A DNA stretch of 64,000 nt from Candidatus Berkelbacteria bacterium (GCA_029865605.1 JAOUGE010000003.1:21797-85796); one strand, 5' to 3'; counted from the stretch's first letter, positions 32,646 through 41,426 are shown. The notes: generated by a model from the letters alone, not told the origin. Translations and numbers: made by a program.

Positions 32646-33440
32646 ATGTATTATTACATCTTTGAGCCAGCAAAAACATCCTATGAGCGATCTTACATAG
32701 AAAGAATTAGAGATGTAGCTCGTGAGGTTGGAATTGTTTCGGAAATGACTCAAGCGTCTCCGGCCAGATCGCCAGAAGAACTGGCGGCGATGGGAATTGT
32801 GAAACAGTACTCAACTATCGTCGCAGTCGGGGATGACTCTCATATTAATAGGGTGATAAGTCAATTGATGAACCTTAAGCCAGATTTTCATTATGCCGTC
32901 GGAATCATATCTACCGACTCACAATCAATGCTCTTCGAAAAATGGGGATTTAAAAAACCCGAACAAGCCTGTGAAACCTTAAAATTCCGTAAATTGAGCC
33001 GGTTTGATCTTGGTCTGGTTGAACCCAACTTCTACTTCTTAACTAGCGCAAAAATCGAATGTAAAAAACCAACCCGGGTAACGCTCGAAGTCGATCACTG
33101 GAGGGCAGATGCCATCATCGATAGAATTGAAGTCTCAAACAATCTTTACATACTCGTTGAAAGATTTATAAAAGAACCCTCCCTCGGAAAAACAGCCTTT
33201 AACTGGCTATTCGGAAAGTCTAACCTCAGAGCTGATCGAAGCATCTTTAAGGCAAAAATTATTAGGGCTGTTAGTGATGAAAATCTACCTATCGTTGTAG
33301 ACAAAATCGTCGTCGGTCACACGCCTTGCCATATTTATAGAAAGCCCAATGCCTTGAACATTATTACCAAACGTGATAATATATCTCTCGAAGAGGACAA
33401 CCAAGAGCGCAACAGAAACGAGTATAAGGAGCAAAAATAA
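32646..33440 (+). CDS. DAGK/YegS-family lipid-kinase-like protein with degenerate catalytic motifs
   Basis: 264 aa; architecture matches DAGK_cat (IFEP..., VAVGDDSHINRVISQL in place of GGDGTxNEV, AVGIISTDSQS in place of LGxIPxGTGND). Confidence 0.4.
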   Translation: MYYYIFEPAKTSYERSYIERIRDVAREVGIVSEMTQASPARSPEELAAMGIVKQYSTIVAVGDDSHINRVISQLMNLKPDFHYAVGIISTDSQSMLFEKWGFKKPEQACETLKFRKLSRFDLGLVEPNFYFLTSAKIECKKPTRVTLEVDHWRADAIIDRIEVSNNLYILVERFIKEPSLGKTAFNWLFGKSNLRADRSIFKAKIIRAVSDENLPIVVDKIVVGHTPCHIYRKPNALNIITKRDNISLEEDNQERNRNEYKEQK

Positions 33441-33985
33441 GTCCAAGGTCACCATTCGTAAGAAAAAATTACGGAATTTCTAAAGCCGAAGTACTTCTTA
33501 TCGATGAAAACGGTAAATCCCTCGGTGCAAAGAAAACCTCGGAGGCGATCGAAGCGGCATTCGAAAAGGGTTATGACTTAGTTGAAATCGGCCCCAACGC
33601 AACACCTCCGGTTTGCAAAATGCTTGACTTCGGTAAATACATGTACGAAGCCGAAAAAAAGCAACAAAAAAGTAAGGCGAAAGGACATTTTGGAGAAGTT
33701 AAAGAAATCAGATTTACTCCCCGGACCGGCGAACATGATATAAACACAAAAATAGAGCGAATAAAAAAATTTGTAAGCGAAGGATACAAAATAAGACTAA
33801 CGGTTAAGATGAAGGGTCGGGAGAATATATATTCAGAGCGGGCACTAGAACAAATAAATAAGATAAAAGGGGTTACGGGAATGAAGTTTGAGCAAAGCCC
33901 AGTAAGGTTAGGAAATAGATTCACCTGCATATTAGTTTACAACAAGGAAAACAATGCCAAAGATAAAAACGAAAAAATCAATTAG
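33437..33985 (+). CDS. infC: translation initiation factor IF-3 (non-AUG start)
   Basis: Frame open from ~33437 (ATA) through ORF-track 33620..33985; translation ...IRKNYGISKAEVLLIDENGKSLGAK...VEIGPNATPPVCKMLDFGKYMYE... is full-length IF-3; first ATG is internal; start codon (ATA at 33437 or ATT at 33476) uncertain. Confidence 0.75.
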   Translation: MSPRSPFVRKNYGISKAEVLLIDENGKSLGAKKTSEAIEAAFEKGYDLVEIGPNATPPVCKMLDFGKYMYEAEKKQQKSKAKGHFGEVKEIRFTPRTGEHDINTKIERIKKFVSEGYKIRLTVKMKGRENIYSERALEQINKIKGVTGMKFEQSPVRLGNRFTCILVYNKENNAKDKNEKIN

Positions 33986-34157
33986 AAAAAGGGTGGCGAA
34001 AATTACTGGAACGAGCCGAATTTTAAGGAGAAAAACAGTTTCCCAGCATCTCTGCAGTAGAAAAAGTAAGAGGACAAAAAAAAATTCCGGGCGGAAAACA
34101 GGATTGACCAAAGCAGACGAAAGAAAAATAAGGGCGCAAGTACCTTACGGTAAATAA
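33954..34157 (+). CDS. rpmI: 50S ribosomal protein L35
   Basis: 67 aa; MPKIKTKKSIRKRVAKITGTSRILRRK; infC-rpmI-rplT operon. Confidence 0.9.
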   Translation: MPKIKTKKSIRKRVAKITGTSRILRRKTVSQHLCSRKSKRTKKNSGRKTGLTKADERKIRAQVPYGK

Positions 34158-34159
34158 TC

Positions 34160-34558
34160 ATGGCAAGAGTAAAAAGAGGCAAGACGAGCAGGGCAAGACA
34201 CAAAAGCTTAATTCAAAAAGCCAAAGGTTTTAGACATGGACGTAAAAATGTTTATAGGCAAGCAAAACAGGCGGTTGAAAAAGCGAAGGCCCACACCTAC
34301 AAAAGCAAAAAGGTTAAAAAAAGGAATTTTAGATCTCTTTGGATAGTAAGATTAAACGCTGCTTTAAAAACCCGGGGTATTAAATACTCAAAATTTATTG
34401 AGGCTTTAAGAAAAAGCAACGCAAACCTAAACCGCAAAGAACTCTCTCAGATAGCTTTGAATAATCCCGCCCAGTTTGAAAAGCTTATTATTAAAATTGG
34501 GCTTAAGAGTCCGTCCTTGAGAACAGAGCATAAACAGTCCATACAAGACCAAAAGTAA
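34160..34558 (+). CDS. rplT: 50S ribosomal protein L20
   Basis: 132 aa; MARVKRGKTSRARHKSLIQKAKGFRHGRKN. Confidence 0.9.
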   Translation: MARVKRGKTSRARHKSLIQKAKGFRHGRKNVYRQAKQAVEKAKAHTYKSKKVKKRNFRSLWIVRLNAALKTRGIKYSKFIEALRKSNANLNRKELSQIALNNPAQFEKLIIKIGLKSPSLRTEHKQSIQDQK

Positions 34559-34976
34559 TCAGAACGTCAGCCAGATTAAAACTCGGCCATACCTTCAGGT
34601 CAATATAATCAATAACGCACCCTCTGAAAACACGATCGAGCAAGTTCGACAGGGCGGCTCCCATAACTAGAGCAAGAGGTAAAATAGGGCCTTGCTTTTT
34701 GTTTTGCTTCCAAAAATAAAGAAGAGCCCCAAAAACCAAAAACAAAACCGATGAACTTAATAAAATCGAATCGAACCTCCCTGGGCTTAACCCGAACCCA
34801 ACGCCTGCGTTGCACAACACAAGGCTAGGTAATTTTTCAACAAAGATCAGCTTTGTTAGCTGATCGAGTAAAACTGCCAGTGAACTTATTACAAATAAAA
34901 TCGGGGCTTTACTTATCTTTTGCATGGGTCGCACAAGTAGTTGCAGCGGGATAAACCTTAAGGCGGCCAGCCTCAA
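34503..34976 (-). CDS. lspA: lipoprotein signal peptidase (signal peptidase II)
   Basis: 157 aa; NxGxxFGL, LGGALGNLxDR-like (MGAALSNLLDR) and FNLADxxI motifs; true start may be the internal Met (~34925). Confidence 0.8.
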   Translation of the reverse strand: MRLAALRFIPLQLLVRPMQKISKAPILFVISSLAVLLDQLTKLIFVEKLPSLVLCNAGVGFGLSPGRFDSILLSSSVLFLVFGALLYFWKQNKKQGPILPLALVMGAALSNLLDRVFRGCVIDYIDLKVWPSFNLADVLITFGLVWTVYALFSRTDS

Positions 34977-35235
34977 TAACCCCGCTACACTTCTTACAAA
35001 TTCCGTATTTTCCTTCTTCTATCCTCTCCAGTGCTTTCTTCAGCTCCTTCAACTCCTTCTCGGCTAACTTCGATAAAGAGAGACTTTCCTCAAAAGCTTC
35101 GAATTCTAAAGCGTTGTCTTCGTTAGTTGTTCCGAGATGCTTAAATTTACGATATTCTTTTACCTCCCCCTCCAACCTCTTAATATCGAATTTTATTGCC
35201 TTCTTAAGACTTTTTAAAAGTTTTTGGCTGATCAT
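34909..35235 (-). CDS. DksA/TraR-family C4 zinc-finger protein
   Basis: 108 aa; coiled-coil N-term, C-terminal CKKCSGVIEAGRLKVYPAATTCATHAKDK. Confidence 0.7.
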   Translation of the reverse strand: MISQKLLKSLKKAIKFDIKRLEGEVKEYRKFKHLGTTNEDNALEFEAFEESLSLSKLAEKELKELKKALERIEEGKYGICKKCSGVIEAGRLKVYPAATTCATHAKDK

Positions 35236-35449
35236 AGGTAGCTCTCTCTGCTTTCTTTACTATCTCCATAATATCGGTCAAGTTACTCTTGTCAATAACC
35301 ATTTAATTTAAAAAGCTTTCGGGTAGAATAATCACATATGCACCAGTACCTGCCGGCAGGCAGGGCTCGGCGGTAGAACGCTTGATTTACCTTCAAGCGT
35401 TTTGGGGTTGGAACCCGGAGCTAATCCACAGCCAGAGCATATGAAAATT

Positions 35450-35526
35450 GCGTCTATAGCTCAGTTGGTTAGAGCGCATCGTTCACATCGATGAGGTCAG
35501 TGGTTCGAGTCCACTTAGACGCACCA
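35450..35526 (+). tRNA. tRNA-Val (anticodon CAC)
   Basis: Hand-folded cloverleaf: acceptor GCGTCTA/TAGACGC, D-arm GCTC-AGTTGGTTA-GAGC, anticodon arm CATCG-TTCACAT-CGATG, T-arm AGTGG-TTCGAGT-CCACT, encoded CCA. Confidence 0.85.
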
Positions 35527-35590
35527 TTAATTATGAACAGGCGCCTCGATGTCGAGGCGCCTGGATTCGCTCGCAGCCATACTGTCGGGC

Positions 35591-35935
35591 TCATCCCTTA
35601 GCAGGGGCACTGCCCCTCATCGAGGGCTCCCGCGGCTCAATGAAGAACCGGATTGCGGTGCGTTCGGCAGCCCCGATTTGAACATCGACAAACGCCGGGT
35701 AACACCAGATGTCCAGCCCTCCAGGGGACAGATAGCCGCGCGCGATGGCGATCGCCTTGACCGCCTGGTTAAGCGCTCCCGCCCCGATGGTCTGAACCTC
35801 CGCCCGGCGGCTTTCCCTGATACAGCCGGCAATGGCCCCAGCCACCTTGTTAGGATCCGACTTGGCCCCAACCTTGAGAACACCATCTTCGAACACTACT
35901 TCCGGCCGTTTCTCCTTTGTTCCTCTGCGTGGCAT
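35591..35935 (-). CDS. SpoVS-family (Alba-like fold) protein; high-GC gene
   Basis: ORF 35591..35992; start probably ATG at 35935 preceded by AGGAGGTG; ...KVGAKSDPNKVAGAIAGCIRESRRAEVQTIGAGALNQAVKAIAIARGYLSPGGLDIWCYPAFVDVQIGAAERTAIRFFIEPR matches SpoVS almost end to end; ~60%+ GC vs ~40% flanks. Confidence 0.7.
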   Translation of the reverse strand: MPRRGTKEKRPEVVFEDGVLKVGAKSDPNKVAGAIAGCIRESRRAEVQTIGAGALNQAVKAIAIARGYLSPGGLDIWCYPAFVDVQIGAAERTAIRFFIEPREPSMRGSAPAKG

Positions 35936-36080
35936 CGTGTGCCACCTCCTGCTGACTGGTGTGTATGTTGCTGCAATCGTTGCTGCGAGCAAAAAAAGCT
36001 TATCATAAAAATATCAGTTTGTCATCGAAGCTACCATTTAAAATTATTTAGCTTTTGCTATAATCCTTTTTTAGAGGAAA

Positions 36081-36695
36081 ATGACTGAAGAAGAATTATT
36101 TACCCAAGAAAAGGAAACGCCGGAAGAAACTAAAAAGCGCAGTTTTTTAGTCAACTTATTCTTTGGTTTTATCGATTTTATTAAAACGGTTGCCTTAATC
36201 ATTATTATCGCTTTCGCCATCAGGGTTTTTGCCGTCCAGCCCTTCATTGTTGAGGGTCAGTCTATGGAGCCAATGTTTAAAAACAACGATTATCTGATTA
36301 CAGAAAAAATCTTATATCGGCTAAAAGACCCTGCTAGAGGCGATGTTGTTATTTTTCACCCTCCAGAAAATCCCTCTATAAACTATATCAAGAGAGTAAT
36401 CGGGCTGCCGGGAGATGTAATCGAAATCAAAGATGGTAAGGTTTTTGTTAACAGCCAAGCCTTGAGTGAATCCTATGTTGACTCTTCAACTCTGCTTAAT
36501 CTGAAGTCCCCGCAAGCGCCGATCACGCTAAAATCCGGAGAATATTACGTTTTAGGTGACAACCGAAATCACTCAAGAGATTCGCGCGAAATAGGCGCAA
36601 TTCCAAAACAAAACATAGTTTCAAGGATTTGGTTCAGACTGCTTCCGCCGTCAAGCATAAGGATCTTTGCCCGGGTCAACTACGACACACCCTAG
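36081..36695 (+). CDS. lepB: signal peptidase I
   Basis: 204 aa; N-terminal TM; catalytic GQSMEP (Ser) and IKRVIGLPGD (Lys) boxes, GDNRNHSxDSR box. Confidence 0.85.
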   Translation: MTEEELFTQEKETPEETKKRSFLVNLFFGFIDFIKTVALIIIIAFAIRVFAVQPFIVEGQSMEPMFKNNDYLITEKILYRLKDPARGDVVIFHPPENPSINYIKRVIGLPGDVIEIKDGKVFVNSQALSESYVDSSTLLNLKSPQAPITLKSGEYYVLGDNRNHSRDSREIGAIPKQNIVSRIWFRLLPPSSIRIFARVNYDTP

Positions 36696-37759
36696 ATCTT
36701 CATTAGCTCTCTTACAAGAAGATTGAGATTCTCTTTAGATTTAGCCGAAATGGCAACAGCAGGAAGGCGAGACAAAAACTCGAACCTTGAAATGTTAGCT
36801 ATCTCATCAGCGGACTTTTCTTTTAAAAGATCAATTTTATTTAATACCAAAACCACTTTTTTGTTATTCTGAAGAGCCAGCTGAGCCAAATGAGCCTCTC
36901 CCCTCGTTAGGCCCTCAGACGCATCGGCCAAAATTAAAACTACATCGCTTGAAATAATTGCTCCGACAGACCTTAAAACGCTATACTTCTCAACTCCGGG
37001 AGTAATCTTCCCTCTGCGCCTAAAACCAGCGGTATCTATGAATTCAAAAGATCGCGACCTGTTCCCAAGCCTTACTTCATATTTTATGCTGTCACGTGTC
37101 GTGCCCGGAATATCGCTAACAATCGCTCTTTCAAATCCGACCAAGGCATTAAAAAGAGTCGATTTGCCAACGTTGGGACGGCCGACAATCGCAACTCGGG
37201 TAAGAGCCTTCTTTTCAACCTCAGCTAGGGGCAGCCTACTCGTGATCAAATCGAGAAGATTACCGCTTCTTCGGCCAGATATAGCTGAAACAGCCATTTT
37301 TTGCCGAAATCCTACGTCCCTGCTGGCTCGAACTAACTCTTCCGCCCTCATATTATCCGTTTTATTAAAAACCAATATTATTTTATCGGAGAGTTTCCTC
37401 AACCTCTTAGCAACCTGCATATCTCGAGCCGTTAGCCCCTCCTTAGCATCAACGACAAACAAAACAAGGTCGGAGCCTTCAAGAGCTGCGTCAATTTGAT
37501 CTTGGGCTTTCTTCTCAATCTCCTGCTCGCTAATGCCATAATAATCAGTCAAAAACCCGGCTGTATCGACCAAAATGAAGCCTTTCCCCTCCCATTCCAC
37601 TTTTTCAGCAACCAGATCACGGGTTGTTCCGGGCTTATGCGAGGTGATTGCCCGACGCTCACCGACTAATCTGTTAAAAAGGGTCGATTTGCCGACATTG
37701 GGTCTGCCAATAATTGAAACTATCGGTAGGTTTTTCATCTTTTGAGTTAATCTTATCAA
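36692..37759 (-). CDS. der: ribosome-biogenesis GTPase Der (EngA), two tandem G domains, no C-terminal KH domain
   Basis: 355 aa; two GRPNVGKSTLFN Walker A motifs and two DTAG motifs. Confidence 0.85.
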   Translation of the reverse strand: MIRLTQKMKNLPIVSIIGRPNVGKSTLFNRLVGERRAITSHKPGTTRDLVAEKVEWEGKGFILVDTAGFLTDYYGISEQEIEKKAQDQIDAALEGSDLVLFVVDAKEGLTARDMQVAKRLRKLSDKIILVFNKTDNMRAEELVRASRDVGFRQKMAVSAISGRRSGNLLDLITSRLPLAEVEKKALTRVAIVGRPNVGKSTLFNALVGFERAIVSDIPGTTRDSIKYEVRLGNRSRSFEFIDTAGFRRRGKITPGVEKYSVLRSVGAIISSDVVLILADASEGLTRGEAHLAQLALQNNKKVVLVLNKIDLLKEKSADEIANISRFEFLSRLPAVAISAKSKENLNLLVRELMKI

Positions 37760-37872
37760 AGAAGAATAGCACGGTTTAGACTAACTATCAACAGTCCCCA
37801 GTAAGATCAAATTCCGATATTGATTTCTGTTTCGGTTCCTGCTATGGTTTTAAAAACTTTCTGGTAAGCTTT

Positions 37873-39591
37873 ATGCCACTAGAAAAATCTTGCCGCCAGT
37901 GCAAGAACAGGTTCGTCATTGAAGATGATGAGTTAAAGTTTTTTTCAAAAATTTCCCCCCGGTTCTCAAATAAAACCTTCGAAATTCCCCCTCCGACTCT
38001 GTGTCCGGTCTGCCGTGAGATTCATCGGCTCATTCGCCGTAACGAAAGACATCTCTACAGCCGGAAATGCGACCTCTGCTCAAAACGAGTCGTCAGTATG
38101 TACTCAACCGGAAAGCCATTCCCGGTCTTTTGTCAAGAATGTTGGTGGGGCGGTAAATGGAACGCAAAAGACTATGGTGCAAAATACGAAAGCGGCTCTT
38201 TTTTTGAACAATTTAAGAAACTTTATAACAAGGTCCCCAAGGTCTGTGCCTCAATCATCAAAAGCACTAATTGCGACTTTAACACCTTTCTGGTTGATTC
38301 GAAAAATTGCTATATGACAACTTCATCAAGAGGAGAAAATTGCCTTTATTGCCGTAAGGTCGTTGATTGCCGTGATGTCGTTGACCTTCTTAACTCAAAC
38401 GAGTGCGAAAACTGCTATGAGACAATCAACTGCCATAACTGCTACGACTGCAATTTTGCAAATTTTTGCGAAAATTGTTCCAATTCGATGTTTTTATTTG
38501 CCTGCAAGGGTTGCCACAACTGTTTTATGAGCTCGAACCTGAACAACAAAAACTTCTATTTTTATAACCAGCCGCTTCCAAAGGAGGAATATTTGAAAAA
38601 GGTCAGCGAGCTCTGGAACGGCAGCTATAAAAGTCTAGAGAAACTAAAGGCGGAATACTTAGAACTTATTAAAGGCGCCACCCACAAAGAAAATACTAAC
38701 CGAAGAAGCGAGAATTGCTTAGGGAACGATCTTACAAACTGTAAAAATTGCCGGGACTGCTTTGAGATCAAAGACGGTGAAAACTGCATCTATGTTTACG
38801 ACAGCAAGGGCATAACCCCGCGCGACTCGATGGATTGCGATATGGGAGCTGGGGCCGAACTTTGCTACCAGCTTCTAAGCGGATATGTTGCCTATAGATG
38901 TATGTTCGGAGCGATCAATTATACTTCGAAAGATCTGCTCTACTGCTGCGATTGTTATGACAGTGATTTTCTTTTCGGCTGTGCTGGAATGAAAAATAGG
39001 AAATATTTTGTCTTAAACAGTGAGTATTCAAAAGAAGATTATGAAGAATTGGTCAGTAGAATAATCGCCGATATGATCGAGAATAAAGAATGGGGGGAGT
39101 ATTTCCCACTTGGCGACTCTACATTCGCTTACAATGAAGCCCTGGTTAGCATATATTTCCCTAAAACTAAACAAGAGGCTCAGAAAATCGGGGCGAACTG
39201 GCTTAATGACCACAAGGCAAAATATAAAGGGCCTTTTTATGAACCCTGCGACAGCATCTCCGACTACAAAAAATTCTCTCTCAAAAGAGACGAGCTTTTG
39301 CGAAGTGTAATCAGATGTCAGACCTCCGGCAGGCCGTTCAGAATAATCCCAAGGGAGCTCTCCTACTATATGGCAAACAATATTCCCATTCCACGCGAAC
39401 ATCCCGAAGCGAGATTTAAGAGAAGATTTTCGCTTCTTAACCCTCGCCAACTCTGGGAAAGAGATTGTATGTGCGAAGGCGAGTGCCTAAGGCACAGCGG
39501 GGAGTGCAAAACAAGGTTTAAAACGACCTATGCTCCAGAACGGCCAGAAAAGGTTTTTTGCGATAATTGCTATATTTATACGTTTAGATAA
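37873..39591 (+). CDS. large cysteine-rich protein (44 Cys), N- and C-terminal zinc-ribbon-like CxxC pairs, central tandem N-C-x2-C / C-x2-N-C repeats; function unknown
   Basis: 572-aa ORF with no recognisable SD; CRQC...CPVC, CDLC...CQEC, then NCYMT..NCLYC..DCRD..ECENCYETINCHNCYDCNFANFCENC..., C-term CMCEGEC...CKT...CDNC. Confidence 0.5.
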   Translation: MPLEKSCRQCKNRFVIEDDELKFFSKISPRFSNKTFEIPPPTLCPVCREIHRLIRRNERHLYSRKCDLCSKRVVSMYSTGKPFPVFCQECWWGGKWNAKDYGAKYESGSFFEQFKKLYNKVPKVCASIIKSTNCDFNTFLVDSKNCYMTTSSRGENCLYCRKVVDCRDVVDLLNSNECENCYETINCHNCYDCNFANFCENCSNSMFLFACKGCHNCFMSSNLNNKNFYFYNQPLPKEEYLKKVSELWNGSYKSLEKLKAEYLELIKGATHKENTNRRSENCLGNDLTNCKNCRDCFEIKDGENCIYVYDSKGITPRDSMDCDMGAGAELCYQLLSGYVAYRCMFGAINYTSKDLLYCCDCYDSDFLFGCAGMKNRKYFVLNSEYSKEDYEELVSRIIADMIENKEWGEYFPLGDSTFAYNEALVSIYFPKTKQEAQKIGANWLNDHKAKYKGPFYEPCDSISDYKKFSLKRDELLRSVIRCQTSGRPFRIIPRELSYYMANNIPIPREHPEARFKRRFSLLNPRQLWERDCMCEGECLRHSGECKTRFKTTYAPERPEKVFCDNCYIYTFR

Positions 39592-39594
39592 AAA

Positions 39595-40155
39595 TTATGC
39601 CGAGCGAACTCTGTTCAGAGTCCTAACCCACTTTTTATAAAAAGGTCTCGCAATCCTGCGGGCTTTCTCGAGTGTAATCCTGTCAAGCATAAAGTCGTAC
39701 TTTTCCCTTACCTGAACCTTCCCTATCCCCTTTTCGATCCAGCCCAAATGAATTCCGGCATTATTTTCAAAATAACTTATACTATCTGCATCCTTAATAA
39801 GATTTGATTCCTCGTCACCACCTGATTCGTGATGCGAAACCATGTTTTTAACCCTCATCGCAAACTTTTTTTCTGCGCCACAGCTGATTAGAAACTCGTA
39901 AATTTTATTTCCGGAGAGCTCTTCGTGCTTGCGCACATATCTTGGATCAACAATCTTCATTCCTCGAACGTAAAGGGGCAATCTATCAGGGGCGAAAGCC
40001 CTTCCAATGTCATGACCATACGCCGCAGCTTGCATCGCCTCGTCAGCATCAGGTTTTAATTGTAACAGCCAATAAACAGTCCTCTCAAAATGAGGCTTCT
40101 TGGAGCCAAATGACTTATCCACATATTCTCTAATTTTTTCCAAATTCCTCAACAT
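39595..40155 (-). CDS. HD-domain phosphohydrolase
   Basis: 186 aa; H...HDIGR...HHESGG...DADSISY metal-binding motif set (H, HD, H, D). Confidence 0.65.
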   Translation of the reverse strand: MLRNLEKIREYVDKSFGSKKPHFERTVYWLLQLKPDADEAMQAAAYGHDIGRAFAPDRLPLYVRGMKIVDPRYVRKHEELSGNKIYEFLISCGAEKKFAMRVKNMVSHHESGGDEESNLIKDADSISYFENNAGIHLGWIEKGIGKVQVREKYDFMLDRITLEKARRIARPFYKKWVRTLNRVRSA

Positions 40156-40262
40156 TTGAACTAAAATATAACAGACGGAGAGAAATAAGTTAAGCCTCTC
40201 GCCTCGAAAATAAATAGAAATCCTTGAGAAAACCCTAACTTTAAGATAAACTGATCTAGTAT

Positions 40263-40336
40263 TCCGGACTCGTCTAATGGCAGGACAGCGGCCTTTGAAG
40301 CCGTGAATCTACGTTCGAATCGTAGGTCCGGAGCCA
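40263..40336 (+). tRNA. tRNA-Gln (anticodon UUG)
   Basis: Hand-folded: acceptor TCCGGAC/GTCCGGA, D-arm GTCT-AATGGCA-GGAC, anticodon arm GCGGC-CTTTGAA-GCCGT, T-arm CTACG-TTCGAAT-CGTAG, discriminator G, encoded CCA. Confidence 0.75.
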
Positions 40337-40349
40337 AATTTAAAAAATT

Positions 40350-41357
40350 ATGTCAAAAACAGTTCAAGATAATATGAATAAAAAAGTCTTAATCATCGGC
40401 GGAACAGGGTTTATCGGCTATCACGCAACTCTTGAATTTCTAAAAGAAGGTTACGAAGTATCAATCATTACTCTGCCCCCTGAGATCAAAAAAGGCCTAT
40501 TACCCGAGAGAGTTAAAATAACCTATTCCGACCTAAATAAAATTAGCGACCAGCAAACAATCAAAGCTATCAAAGGCAATGATTCCGTTGTCTTTGCCGC
40601 AGGGGCGGATGACCGCATCACTCCCCAAAAGCCGGCTTACCGGTTTTTTTATGACGCCAATGTTAAATCGGCCAAAAGATTTTTTGAGCTTGCTCAAAAA
40701 GCCGGGGCCAAAAGGGGCGTTCTTTTCAGCTCTTATTTTGCCTACTTTGCCCGCGTTTGGCCGGAAATGAAACTCGACCGCCATCACCCCTATATTCGCA
40801 GTCGAGTCGTTCAAGAAAGCGAAGTAATATCAGTTTGCAACAAAGGGCTTGAAGTAATGGTCCTCGAGTTTCCTTATATTTTCGGTGCTGCACCCGACAA
40901 AAAACCTCTTTGGTGTCCCCTACTCTCCTACCTTGAAAAGACCCCCTACGTCTTTTACACCCGCGGCAGTACTAACTGCGTTTCGGTTAAAACGGTTGCT
41001 CGGGCTGTTGTTGGCGCCATCAAAAATGGAAAAGCCGGGGAACGGTACGTAATTGGCGACCAAAATCTCACCTGGAAAGAAATGCTAAGCGGGCTAATGA
41101 AAGCGATGGGAATAAGAAAAAAAATTATCATCTTGCCGAACATAATGGCAAAAATAGGCGTTTTATCTCTTTTAATAAAACACAAGCTTCAAGGCAGAGA
41201 GGGTGGCTTAAGTCCAATCAAATTCGTTAATCTCCAGACAAGAAATACCTATTTTAAGGCTTCTTTGGCTCAAAAAGAGCTTGATTTTGAAGGAGGAGAT
41301 TTGGAAGAAGCTTTTTCTCAAACCGCAAAAGCCTGCGCGAATATTTACCCCACATAG
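40350..41357 (+). CDS. NAD-dependent epimerase/dehydratase family protein (SDR fold)
   Basis: 335 aa; N-terminal Rossmann VLIIGGTGFIGYH. Confidence 0.75.
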   Translation: MSKTVQDNMNKKVLIIGGTGFIGYHATLEFLKEGYEVSIITLPPEIKKGLLPERVKITYSDLNKISDQQTIKAIKGNDSVVFAAGADDRITPQKPAYRFFYDANVKSAKRFFELAQKAGAKRGVLFSSYFAYFARVWPEMKLDRHHPYIRSRVVQESEVISVCNKGLEVMVLEFPYIFGAAPDKKPLWCPLLSYLEKTPYVFYTRGSTNCVSVKTVARAVVGAIKNGKAGERYVIGDQNLTWKEMLSGLMKAMGIRKKIIILPNIMAKIGVLSLLIKHKLQGREGGLSPIKFVNLQTRNTYFKASLAQKELDFEGGDLEEAFSQTAKACANIYPT

Positions 41358-41426
41358 ACCCTTGTGTCAAAACTTGAAAACGCTAATAATAAAAACACAT
41401 CCTAATTTAAAGACACAAGGAGGTCT

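Noticed and set aside
35340-35449. Possible second tRNA or tmRNA/SRP RNA upstream of tRNA-Val
   Set aside because: Tried to fold as a cloverleaf; only an anticodon-arm-like hairpin forms, with no acceptor or T arm and no tmRNA/SRP consensus motifs; kept as an unexplained structured region.
35549-36088. 179-aa plus-strand ORF and 89-aa minus ORF 35617..35886 in the high-GC segment
   Set aside because: High GC opens long spurious frames; only the minus-strand frame ending at 35591 gives a SpoVS match and has an SD.
37760-37872. Short upstream ORF ATGGTTTTAAAAACTTTCTGGTAA before the Cys-rich gene
   Set aside because: 7 codons, no SD and no conservation evidence; probably fortuitous.
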